From assembly GCA_017883315.1 (NCBI GenBank), contig JADGNW010000426.1:1-35620 (forward strand): a stretch of DNA of 35,620 bases, in the 5' to 3' direction. Positions within the stretch are counted from its first letter, which is position 1; each line of letters opens with the position of its first letter. The DNA comes from Blastocatellia bacterium. GTDB lineage: Bacteria; Acidobacteriota; Blastocatellia; UBA7656. Made by a program: the position numbers and the translations under genes. Shown here one piece after another: positions 26,005-34,269 of the stretch. The notes below the pieces were generated by a model that saw only the letters and a list, made by a program, of their open reading frames with translations, searched no databases and had not been told where the DNA came from.

Positions 26005-26844
26005 ATGATAACGGGCTTCAATACCGACGTCCCGCACGAAGGGCTTGTCTATCACGTGCAGACTGAAGATCGGCGTTCAGATGACCCAGCCTTCGAATCG
26101 CTAGTGTATGTCGGCGGCTCGATCGTAGCGAAAAAACTTACTCCGTACTCGGACAAGCTGAGTGAAGGCGCTACCGAAGAGACGCTCGCGTCGCTGCTAA
26201 AGCGTCAGCATCAGGTGATAATCGCCGCGATCAAAGCAGGAAGAATTGAAGACCTGATTCGCCATACACGAAAGGGCGCTCGCGAGTCACAGCAGAAGCC
26301 TGCGGAGCTTACGCCAGTTCCGGTTGAGGCGTCGAAGGATTCGCCGAAGCAAGACCCTACAAGCAGTACGGTTAAACCGGTTGCTCCGGAAGTAACCGCG
26401 CAGTCGGGACCGGAACGATCTTCTGAACGTGGCTCGGGAGGACGCGGCTCGGGCAAATTGAAACTCGCGGTCCCGGCGACTCCCGCGTCGGGCGACAGCG
26501 GCGGGCTTAACCTTGACCAGGTGATCTCAGACTACCGGGAGCGCGGCGAAGTTAGACTCGAAGTGAAGGTGCTTGCACCTGAAGCGTTCATCGCCGGGAA
26601 GAGCATCGGGTTGAGAGTTCAGGTAACTCACAACGCCAAGCCCGAGTTTGATGCGATCGTGACGGTCAAGATCATCGGCACGGCTTTCAAGCCTCAGGTT
26701 GTCATCGGACGGGTCGGCCGGGACGGCGTCGCGAGCTTCAGCCTGGCGGTCCCGGCTTTCAGCGCGGGCACGGCCGCGATTGTGATCGAAGCGAGATCAG
26801 GCGCGGGACGTGGCGAACTGAAGAACTTGATTCGCAGGGCATGA
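26005..26844 (+). CDS. Hypothetical protein (ordered N-domain, Pro/Ser-rich linker, beta-sandwich-like C-domain)
   Basis: 279-aa ORF with coding-like composition, ending 31 nt before thiS. I recognise no motif. Confidence 0.55.
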   Translation: MITGFNTDVPHEGLVYHVQTEDRRSDDPAFESLVYVGGSIVAKKLTPYSDKLSEGATEETLASLLKRQHQVIIAAIKAGRIEDLIRHTRKGARESQQKPAELTPVPVEASKDSPKQDPTSSTVKPVAPEVTAQSGPERSSERGSGGRGSGKLKLAVPATPASGDSGGLNLDQVISDYRERGEVRLEVKVLAPEAFIAGKSIGLRVQVTHNAKPEFDAIVTVKIIGTAFKPQVVIGRVGRDGVASFSLAVPAFSAGTAAIVIEARSGAGRGELKNLIRRA

Positions 26845-26875
26845 CCCGCGGAAGGATCAATTGAACGTCATCGTA

Positions 26876-27076
26876 ATGAACATCATTGTAAACGGAAATG
26901 AAACTCACATAGTCGAAGGCTCGGTCGTCAGCGATCTGATCCGATCTCTTGGCTTGAACCCCGTGAGACTGGCGGTTGAATTGAATAGAAGGATCATTCG
27001 CCGCGCCCAGTGGGACTCGACAACGGTTTTGGAAGGTGACAGAGTAGAGATCGTGCATTTCGTAGGTGGAGGATAG
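26876..27076 (+). CDS. thiS: Sulfur-carrier protein ThiS
   Basis: 66 aa from ATG 26876 (MNIIVNGNE...). The C-terminus ends ...VHFVGGG, the ThiS/MoaD-type Gly-Gly end. thiG follows immediately. Confidence 0.85.
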   Translation: MNIIVNGNETHIVEGSVVSDLIRSLGLNPVRLAVELNRRIIRRAQWDSTTVLEGDRVEIVHFVGGG

Positions 27077-27078
27077 GA

Positions 27079-27155
27079 GTGAAGAGTGAAACGTGATAGG
27101 CCCTATAGGTCGCATTGGTCCTATTGCCGCGTTTTCACGCCTCACGTTTCATCGG
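27079..27155. repeat. Intercistronic hairpin/repeat element (GTGAAGAGTGAAACGTGA ... CACGCCTCACGTTTCA) with an internal 9-mer x4
   Basis: TGAAACGTGA (27087-27096) pairs with TCACGTTTCA (27142-27151). The centre carries ATAGGCCCT ATAGGTCGC ATTGGTCCT ATTGCCGCG. It shares the 16-nt core CACGCMTCACGTTTCA with 32047-32092. Confidence 0.5.
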
Positions 27156-27164
27156 ACTAATATC

Positions 27165-27941
27165 ATGGCAGACACGCTTATCATTGCTGGCCGCGAGTTT
27201 CGCTCACGCTTGATTCTGGGCTCCGGAAAATACGCTAGCTTCGAGCTGATGGTGAAGGCTCTGGAAGCATCGGGCACGGAGATGATCACTGTTGCAGTCC
27301 GACGGGTGAACCTGACCGATCGCGCGAAAGAATCGCTGTTGGATCACATCGACACTAAGAAGTACCACATCCTGCCGAACACCGCGGCGTGCTATTCGGC
27401 AGATGAGGCAATACGCACGGCGATGCTTGCGCGCGAGGTGCTCGACAACAACTGGATCAAGCTGGAAGTCATCGGCGACGAGAAGACTCTGTTTCCGGAC
27501 AATCAGGGATTGTTAGAGGCTACGCGCGAGCTGGTCAAGGAAGGCTTCGTCGTGTTGCCTTATTTCAATGACGACTTGATTGTAGCTCGCAGATTGATCG
27601 ACGCCGGGGCTGCGGCGGTGATGCCGCTTGCGGCGCCAATCGGTTCGGGGCTTGGCATCCAGAACTTCACTAACCTCAGGATACTGCGAGAACAAGTAAC
27701 AGAGGTGCCGCTGATCATCGATGCCGGCGTCGGAACGGCTTCAGATGCAGCGATCGCAATGGAGCTCGGCGCTGACGGAGTTCTTATGAATACGGGCATC
27801 GCTGGCGCCGGTGATCCAATCGCCATGGCCGAAGCGATGAACCTGGCAGTGCGTGCTGGAAGACTCGCTTACAAGTCAGGGCGAATTCCGAGAAAGCTGT
27901 ACGCGTCGGCTTCGAGTCCAATCGAGGGACTAGTCCGATAG
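27165..27941 (+). CDS. thiG: Thiazole synthase ThiG
   Basis: From ATG 27165: [23 protein letters not shown]..., then [42 protein letters not shown] and [27 protein letters not shown]. The upstream extension in the ORF track is the repeat element. Confidence 0.92.
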   Translation: MADTLIIAGREFRSRLILGSGKYASFELMVKALEASGTEMITVAVRRVNLTDRAKESLLDHIDTKKYHILPNTAACYSADEAIRTAMLAREVLDNNWIKLEVIGDEKTLFPDNQGLLEATRELVKEGFVVLPYFNDDLIVARRLIDAGAAAVMPLAAPIGSGLGIQNFTNLRILREQVTEVPLIIDAGVGTASDAAIAMELGADGVLMNTGIAGAGDPIAMAEAMNLAVRAGRLAYKSGRIPRKLYASASSPIEGLVR

Positions 27942-28081
27942 AAAGGCCAGAAACAGACCGCGAATTAAAAATTGAAATTCTTTCCCGGGACAATCCTCAG
28001 TTTGCAATTTTCAATTTTCAATTCCCGGCTGCCTCACTCTTAGCCTTTCGTTATGACCAACCGAAGTGAGCATCGCTAACA

Positions 28082-28756
28082 GTGGCGTGTAACGCAAGAT
28101 TCGAGCGAAGGCTTGTCCGAGAAGGCTACCGCGTGATTGCCGGCAGCGACGAAGTGGGCCGGGGAGCGCTGGCCGGCCCTGTGGTTGCGGCGGCAGTGAT
28201 CCTCAATCTCAAGAACATTCCAAGGGGAATAAACGATTCCAAGCAGCTTACCAGGCTTCACCGCGAGGAACTTGCCAGGGAAATTCAGGACCGCGCCCTC
28301 GCTTACTCGGTCGCGCGAATTGAGCATCAGGAGATCGATCAAATCAACATTCTAAAGGCCTCTTTGCGAGCGATGGAGCTGGCAATAAAAGCATTGCGAC
28401 CACTTCCTGACTATGTTTTAATAGACGGGCATCAGAGGGTCCCCAACCTGGACTGCCCCCAGTCGACAATAATCAAAGGTGATTGTCTTTCGGTTTCCAT
28501 TGCCGCCGCTTCGATCGTAGCCAAGGTCGCCCGCGATCGATGGATGAGAGAGTATGACGAGCAGTATCCCGGCTACGGCTTCGGCTTGCACGCCGGATAC
28601 AACACTCGCATACATCAAGAAGCTATCCAGCGGCTCGGACCGTCCGCCATTCACCGTTTGACTTTTCGTGGAGTGCTCTTTTCACAAGCTGCTTTGAATT
28701 TCGGCGGCGTGGAAGTCGAGCAGCCGCCCCTGTCATCGCTTCCGACGACGGACTAA
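28082..28756 (+). CDS. rnhB: Ribonuclease HII
   Basis: IAGSDEVGRGALAGPVVAAAVIL, INDSKQL, LIDG, KGD...SIAAASIVAKV.RD and YGFGLHAGY are the RNase HII catalytic motifs. GTG start. Confidence 0.9.
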   Translation: MACNARFERRLVREGYRVIAGSDEVGRGALAGPVVAAAVILNLKNIPRGINDSKQLTRLHREELAREIQDRALAYSVARIEHQEIDQINILKASLRAMELAIKALRPLPDYVLIDGHQRVPNLDCPQSTIIKGDCLSVSIAAASIVAKVARDRWMREYDEQYPGYGFGLHAGYNTRIHQEAIQRLGPSAIHRLTFRGVLFSQAALNFGGVEVEQPPLSSLPTTD

Positions 28757-28815
28757 GTTACCCCCGCCCCTGATCGAGTAGCACAGTTAGGGAGGCGCTT
28801 GCCTCCGGAGGGGTT

Positions 28816-31800
28816 ATGTCACTAAACAAGTCCAAGGCTCTGCGCACTGCTGAGAAGTACGCTCTGCAGGGCAAAATACCCGCCGCCATCGATGAGTATC
28901 GCAAGGTGGTCAGCGCGGACCCCGGCGACCTCACGACCGTCAATACGCTCGGTGATCTCTACGTTCGGGCCGGCAGGATCCAGGACGCAATCTCAAATTT
29001 CTCTCGCATCGCCGACAGCTATCGCGAAGGCGGTTTTACGCTCAAGGCCATCGCGATGCTCAAGAAGATATCGAAGCTCGACCCGACCAACGTCGAGACT
29101 GCGATGAAGCTCGCAAATCTCTACTCACAACAAGGTCTCCTGGTCGAAGCGCGTCAGCAGTATCTCCACGTTGCCGATGCTTACGCTCGCGCCGGACAGA
29201 CTCGCAAGGCGCTTGAGGCTTATCAAAAGATTGCCGACCTTGATCCTTCCAACACCTCTGTGCGAATGAAGCTCGGGGAGATCTACTCGCGAGAGGGGAT
29301 GACCGAGCAGGCGCACGAAGCGTTCATAATGGCGGGCGCGGAGTTCCTTCGCAAAGGCGACGGTGAACAGGCCCTGAACGCGAACCTCAAGGCGATCGTG
29401 ATCAACGCCGATAGCCGCCAGGCGCTTACGGCTATTGCGACTATCTATACTCAACAAGGTCAGACGGACCGCGCGATAAACCTTCTCTGCGAAGCGTTCG
29501 AACGAAACCCCGGCGACGTCGAACTGCTCACGATACTCGGACGCACTTATTTGTCGGCAGGAATGATGGACGATGCGGAACGCACGTTCCTCAGCCTGGT
29601 CGAGCTTGATCGTAATCGTTATCACTACTTGCTCGAGGTGGGGCGCAGGTTCCTGCAGATCGGCGATCTCGATCGCGCGGCCGAACAGATCGACGGCTGC
29701 ATCGAGGTGTTGATCGCCAAGCGTGAGGAAGATAAAGCAATCGACTTTCTGAGGCGCGTGCTGGACCGTGAGATGAATCACGTTGGCGCGCTCAAGCGTC
29801 TGGCCGAGATATACCTCCGCATTCGCGAAGATCACAACCTGATCGCAACGCTGAATTCGCTGGTCGAAGCGGCGATGCGAAAGGGCGACGATAAAGAAGC
29901 GATTACCGCGCTGAAAGAGCTTGCTCGATTGGAGCCGGACGAGTCAATTCACCTTCAGCGTTTATACAACCTGGGTGTGAGCGACATTGTCGAGTCCGAT
30001 TCGCCGGACTCAGTCCGCGCGACGGGTCCGCTCGACTTTCGCTCAGCGGCTTTTGACGACACCTTCGTCATCAGACAGATCTCAGAGGCCGAAATACTCG
30101 CCGGGCACGGACAGGTCGGTCACGCCGTCGAGATACTTCATCAAATTCTCAATCACGCGCCCGAGAACGTTCAGGTCCACTTGAAGCTGAAAGACATTTA
30201 CTTGCGAGCTGGACTCATGGACAAAGCCGCGTCCGAGTGTCTCGCTCTCTCGCGGATACATGAGGCGCGGGGCGAATCGGCTCGAGCGAGCGACTACGTG
30301 GCGGAAGCGCACCAGCTTAACCCGCTAATTGACTCTGAGCCGGAGCCTGTCCAAGAGCCCGGCATGGAGCACCGCGACTGGATGGACGGCCGGGCCGAAC
30401 ACTTCGTCGATGTGATTGCCGGCGCAACTCCGCAGTCGCCGGCTGATGGACACAGCCGCGTCGACACGGGCGAGTCGCCGGGTCTCGACTGGAGCAGATA
30501 TCAGACCGGCACGCTGTCGGACCACGGCTTCGTGACCGTGCCCGAAGAGCTAGCTTCATCGGGGAACGGCCTTCGTCCAGAGAACGAAGCAAGCCAGGCT
30601 GAGTCAGAGGACGCGAATAACTTCCGGTACAGCGATACTCTGATCGGCGACGCGCGCGATGCCTCGGGCGACGGGACTCATATGGCCGACGCCGTCTTCA
30701 GTTCGGCGAGCCTCTTACCATCGGACACGATGCCCCGAGTGCTGCGCGACGAGTTAGAGGGAGTCGATTTCTATATCGCGCAAGGCTACGCTGAAATCGC
30801 GCACGATACGTTAGAAAGACTACGAGAAGAGAACGGAGATCATCCCGAGATATTGGCGCGCTACAAACGTCTGGGCGCCAGTCCCGATCCACACATCGCT
30901 GAACCGGTTGAGGCACATCTCGAAGAGCCTGCGTCCTGGCCGTCTCTCGAGCCGGACGTTGATGTGCACATGCCGACGGAATTTCCAACAGTAGTGCCCG
31001 AGGACGAGCACAGTCACGTGGAAGACGGATTTGGCGCTCCACCCTTAGACTTTGCGATCAGCGAGGAAGAGACCGAGACGCCGCACTACGAACAGGAAGC
31101 GGCGGAGCTTACTGGAGCCGAGCCGGCGCATTATGAACAGGAAGTCGAGCTTACTGAAGCCGAGCCGGCGCATTACGAACAAAACCTGGCGGAGCTACCT
31201 GAAGCCGAGCCGTCTCGACACAAAGACGAGCCTCTTCTCCTGCAGAAGGAATCAGGCGCTTTGTATCCGGATCTGCTCGTGCAGTTGGACACCAGCGAGT
31301 TGAACCGCGCGCATCTCGATGCGCTGCAAGCGCTGGCTCCTCCTCCACCGCCCGTGGAAGAGAGCGTCAAAACGGGCGATCTTATCGACTCGATAATGTC
31401 CGGGCTGGACACGTCTTTCGATGCCATTCATTATTCGCGCGAAGACTCAGTCTTCGAGAGCGCGCAATCTCCTACTGAGGCGGCCGTTGAAGAGAAGACA
31501 TCCGAGTTCGAAGAGGACGCCGGCCAACTCACGGACACGATCGCGGCCACTGAGGCAGTTCAAACGCCCATCGAAACTTCTTCCGCGCGCGATGAACTGC
31601 AAGAGATATTCGATGAGCTAAAGGAACAGACGGGCGATTTGAAACCGCTCCTCGACTTCGAGACTCACTACAGTCTCGGGCTCGCGTATAAGGACATGGA
31701 CTTGCTGGACGACGCGATCTCGGAATTTCAGATGGCATTCAGGACCGCGGGAATGCAGGATCTCGAAGGCGATTACGTTCCCTGTTGCAACATGCTCGGC

Positions 31801-32043
31801 GTGTGCTTCAAGCGTAAGCAGATGCACAAGGTTGCGATCATGTGGTTTGAGCGCGGACTCAAGATTACCGGCAGGCTCGAGGATGAGTATCAGGCTCTCA
31901 GGTTCGAGATCGGACTCTGCTACGAGGAAATGGGCAAGACCCAGGAGGCAATCGAAGCGTTCACCGAGGTGTACGGAATCGATGTCAACTATCGCAAGGT
32001 CGGCGAAAAGTTAAAGCAGTTGCAGGCCGCAGAGATCGCGTGA
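28816..32043 (+). CDS. Large (1075 aa) TPR-repeat protein with a long acidic low-complexity central region
   Basis: The N-terminal ~480 aa and the C-terminal ~150 aa carry TPR-like repeats. The centre is Glu/Asp/Pro-rich. ATG 28816 has GGAGGGG upstream. Confidence 0.85.
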   Translation: MSLNKSKALRTAEKYALQGKIPAAIDEYRKVVSADPGDLTTVNTLGDLYVRAGRIQDAISNFSRIADSYREGGFTLKAIAMLKKISKLDPTNVETAMKLANLYSQQGLLVEARQQYLHVADAYARAGQTRKALEAYQKIADLDPSNTSVRMKLGEIYSREGMTEQAHEAFIMAGAEFLRKGDGEQALNANLKAIVINADSRQALTAIATIYTQQGQTDRAINLLCEAFERNPGDVELLTILGRTYLSAGMMDDAERTFLSLVELDRNRYHYLLEVGRRFLQIGDLDRAAEQIDGCIEVLIAKREEDKAIDFLRRVLDREMNHVGALKRLAEIYLRIREDHNLIATLNSLVEAAMRKGDDKEAITALKELARLEPDESIHLQRLYNLGVSDIVESDSPDSVRATGPLDFRSAAFDDTFVIRQISEAEILAGHGQVGHAVEILHQILNHAPENVQVHLKLKDIYLRAGLMDKAASECLALSRIHEARGESARASDYVAEAHQLNPLIDSEPEPVQEPGMEHRDWMDGRAEHFVDVIAGATPQSPADGHSRVDTGESPGLDWSRYQTGTLSDHGFVTVPEELASSGNGLRPENEASQAESEDANNFRYSDTLIGDARDASGDGTHMADAVFSSASLLPSDTMPRVLRDELEGVDFYIAQGYAEIAHDTLERLREENGDHPEILARYKRLGASPDPHIAEPVEAHLEEPASWPSLEPDVDVHMPTEFPTVVPEDEHSHVEDGFGAPPLDFAISEEETETPHYEQEAAELTGAEPAHYEQEVELTEAEPAHYEQNLAELPEAEPSRHKDEPLLLQKESGALYPDLLVQLDTSELNRAHLDALQALAPPPPPVEESVKTGDLIDSIMSGLDTSFDAIHYSREDSVFESAQSPTEAAVEEKTSEFEEDAGQLTDTIAATEAVQTPIETSSARDELQEIFDELKEQTGDLKPLLDFETHYSLGLAYKDMDLLDDAISEFQMAFRTAGMQDLEGDYVPCCNMLGVCFKRKQMHKVAIMWFERGLKITGRLEDEYQALRFEIGLCYEEMGKTQEAIEAFTEVYGIDVNYRKVGEKLKQLQAAEIA
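31081..31209 (+). repeat. In-frame coding tandem repeat, 42/42/45 nt (P-[A]-HYEQE..EL..AE x3)
   Basis: Units at 31081-31122, 31123-31164 and 31165-31209 encode PHYEQEAAELTGAE / PAHYEQEVELTEAE / PAHYEQNLAELPEAE. Confidence 0.85.
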
Positions 32044-32046
32044 TAC

Positions 32047-32092
32047 CGTGAAGCGTGATCCGTGATGGGATTATCACGCATCACGTTTCACG
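32047..32092. repeat. Intercistronic hairpin of the same family as 27079-27155
   Basis: CGTGAAGCGTGATCCGTGAT (32047-32066) pairs with ATCACGCATCACGTTTCACG (32073-32092) at 18 of 20 positions, with a 6-nt loop. It starts 4 nt after the TPR gene stop and ends 10 nt before ATG 32103. Confidence 0.6.
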
Positions 32093-32102
32093 CATCACTG
32101 CA

Positions 32103-32507
32103 ATGTCCGTCAAGCTCACAATCGTCTTCTTCATTCTGATCTGCTTCGAAATCGGCATACTGCTGGTCATCCTTCCGTGGGTACCGAGCCCGTCGTGGAA
32201 TGAAAACTACCTGCTGGTGCTCGCTGCCGACAAGATGCATTGGCCCTGGCTGGCAATCGCTATGAAGAGCGGCTATGCTCGCGGCGCCGTAACCGGCCTC
32301 GGCTTGCTGAACATAACGCTGGGCATTTGGGAAATCATCTACTTCAGAAAAACCGCTCGCGCGTTTCAGATGGAATGGCAAAGTGACGAATCCAATACGA
32401 AACCTCTCGACGCCCCCGACGCACTCAAGGCCATTGATATACGCGATAACAGACCGCCGATTGCTGCCCAACCAGACGGGAAGGCCGGCCCTGACAGCTC
32501 TAATTGA
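32103..32507 (+). CDS. Small membrane protein of unknown function
   Basis: From ATG 32103: MSVKLTIVFFILICFEIGILLVILPW... plus a second hydrophobic segment GAVTGLGLLNITLGIWEIIYF. The ORF-track start at 32055 lies inside the hairpin element. Confidence 0.55.
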   Translation: MSVKLTIVFFILICFEIGILLVILPWVPSPSWNENYLLVLAADKMHWPWLAIAMKSGYARGAVTGLGLLNITLGIWEIIYFRKTARAFQMEWQSDESNTKPLDAPDALKAIDIRDNRPPIAAQPDGKAGPDSSN

Positions 32508-33081
32508 GTTTATCGAGCAAACCGTAAGCGCCGGGGTTGATATGGTGCAGATTCGCGAACGCGACCTCCCGGCGCGCGATCTCTGTTGCCTGACTGAAGC
32601 TGTCACGGAGCGACTTCGCGGGAGCGGCGCTCTGGTCATGGTCAACGACCGTGCTGATATCGCCGCGTGCACTGGAGCCGGCGTTCATCTCACCACTCGA
32701 TCGCTGACCGCCAAAGTTGTGCGAGCTGCGTTAGGGCCGGATATTCTCCTCGGTGTTTCAACTCACAACCAGGAGGAAGCGGAAGCTGCGGAGCGCGGCG
32801 GCGCTGACTTCATTGTCTTCGGACCGGTCTTCGAGACGGCCAGCAAGACGGAGTACGGCGACCCGGTTGGACTGGCAGCGTTGCGCCGAGTCGCGACTCG
32901 ATTGAACATTCCGGTGATCGCGCTCGGAGGCGTAAAGCTATCCAACTTTCGCGAAGCATTGAACGCTGGAGCCGCGGGTGTTGCAGGAATATCTATGTTT
33001 ATTGACGCGTTTGTTGAATCGCAAGACCTAGGCGGACTGGTGTCTACAATTAAAAATTGGACCAGGGATAAACGGGACTGA
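32383..33081 (+). CDS. thiE: Thiamine-phosphate synthase ThiE
   Basis: LIYAITDRRL, VDMVQIRERDL, VMVNDRADIA, GVHL, LLGVSTHN..E, GADFIVFGPVF.T.SK and PVIALGGV. The start is GTG 32383, or possibly TTG 32434. Either start overlaps the preceding membrane-protein ORF. Confidence 0.85.
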   Translation: MTNPIRNLSTPPTHSRPLIYAITDRRLLPNQTGRPALTALIEFIEQTVSAGVDMVQIRERDLPARDLCCLTEAVTERLRGSGALVMVNDRADIAACTGAGVHLTTRSLTAKVVRAALGPDILLGVSTHNQEEAEAAERGGADFIVFGPVFETASKTEYGDPVGLAALRRVATRLNIPVIALGGVKLSNFREALNAGAAGVAGISMFIDAFVESQDLGGLVSTIKNWTRDKRD

Positions 33082-33125
33082 CCGCTGAAAAAGGGGATGC
33101 GACTTCTCTCACATCGGATGCCGAT

Positions 33126-33320
33126 AATCCCACCAACGCAGTTGGTGGATTGTTCATATTCAGCCTACCGAAGAAAAGCGCCCGTCCCCTCCGATCGTGT
33201 TTCTTCTCTCGCGCGCCCCTCGCGGCGCGAGGGGCGCGCGAGAGAAGAAACACCGGAATCGTTAGGGCGACACGACGGTAGGCCAAGTATGAACGAACCA
33301 CCAACTGCGTTGGTGGGATT
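33126..33320. repeat. 195-nt nested palindromic element between thiE and thiD
   Basis: The 45-nt outer arms (33126-33170 and 33276-33320) pair at about 39 of 45 positions. Each arm contains its own mini-hairpin CCACCAAC..GTTGGTGG. The inner stem is 27 bp and perfect (33197-33223 and 33227-33253, GTGTTTCTTCTCTCGCGCGCCCCTCGC) with a 3-nt loop. Confidence 0.8.
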
Positions 33321-33421
33321 GCCCGGCAATGCTGTGTGCAATCAGCTTTTCGGCAGCCGGCTGGGGTTCGGATTTCAATCTCGTTCGTCCATCTAGTCCG
33401 TGTTTGATGCTCGACTTGATT

Positions 33422-34237
33422 ATGACCGAAATCGCAAAGCCACCTGTAGTGATGACCATCGCCGGATTTGACCCTTCCGGCGGCGCAGGAGTTCTCGCCG
33501 ACATTAAGACGTTCGGAGCTTTTGCTTGCTACGGAGTCGCGGCCGTTACCAGCGTGACCTTTCAGAATACGCGGGACGTGCTTGGAGCGCGCCATCAAAG
33601 CGCGGACACCGTGCGTCGCCAGATCGCAGCTTTATTTGATGACTTCGAAATCGCAGCAATAAAAACCGGAATGCTTCCGACTCCCGAGATCGTCATCGAA
33701 GTAGCGTCCTTGATCAGAGCTAGATCAGTTCCAATCGTCGTAGTCGATCCGGTGCTAAGAGCTACTAGCGGGTTCGACCTGGTCGAAGACGGAGTCGCAG
33801 AAGCACTACGAAGCGACTTATTCCCTCTAGCCTCGCTTGTGACTCCGAACATCGCCGAGGCGCGGCGCCTTTCGGGCGAAGAGATTCAAGACTTGCCTGC
33901 CGCGCGACGAGCCGCAGAGACGATCCTGGCAATGGGTCCTCGTGCGGTATTGATTACCGGTGGCGACGCAGATTCAGATTCGTCGACAGACCTCCTGCTC
34001 GATGAGCTTGGCTCTAGCACATACAGCGCTGCTCGAATCAAATCAAAGAACACGCATGGAACAGGATGTACGCTGGCTTCGGCGCTGGCCTGCTTGCTTG
34101 CGCGAGGTCAGACCTTGCGCGAGGCGATTCCAATCGCAAAGCGATACATCGTCGAAGCCATTCTCAGCGGCCCTCCGGTAGGGCACGGCCATGGCCCGCT
34201 CAACCACTTCCCGGCCGACATTCGGGACACGAACTAG
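33422..34237 (+). CDS. thiD: Hydroxymethylpyrimidine / phosphomethylpyrimidine kinase ThiD
   Basis: From ATG 33422: MTEIAKPPVVMTIAGFDPSGGAGVLADIKTF, IKTGML, VVDPV, TPNIAEA, ITGG, HGTGCTLASA and GHGPLNHF. The ORF-track extension to 33329 runs into the palindrome. Confidence 0.9.
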   Translation: MTEIAKPPVVMTIAGFDPSGGAGVLADIKTFGAFACYGVAAVTSVTFQNTRDVLGARHQSADTVRRQIAALFDDFEIAAIKTGMLPTPEIVIEVASLIRARSVPIVVVDPVLRATSGFDLVEDGVAEALRSDLFPLASLVTPNIAEARRLSGEEIQDLPAARRAAETILAMGPRAVLITGGDADSDSSTDLLLDELGSSTYSAARIKSKNTHGTGCTLASALACLLARGQTLREAIPIAKRYIVEAILSGPPVGHGHGPLNHFPADIRDTN

Positions 34238-34269
34238 AACGATAATCAAGGCGCAATCAAGTTGAGAGA

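Noticed and set aside
27966-28025. An AT-rich microrepeat (CAATTTT x3, with a complementary AAAATTGAAA upstream) after thiG, considered as a terminator or repeat element.
   Set aside because: The pairing requires bulges, and the stem is short and purely A/T. It is too weak to call a terminator or a repeat-family member from sequence alone.
33126-33320. A TPP riboswitch in the thiE-thiD spacer (also looked for upstream of thiS at 25828-26004 and 26845-26875).
   Set aside because: No CUGAGA or ACCUGAUCUGGAUAAUGCCAGCG-like conserved cores are present. The spacer is a symmetric palindrome, unlike the asymmetric TPP aptamer.
33050-33598. Track ORFs 33050..33598 (-), 33097..33396 (+) and 34262..34567 (+), which lie in thi-region spacers.
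   Set aside because: They are read-throughs of palindromic or repeat DNA. Repeated peptide words such as PPTQLV / PPTALVGL appear on both strands and SPSVRK/TLRQEG/PPSGGQ in the REP cluster. They overlap the well-supported thiD start and have no coding-like composition.
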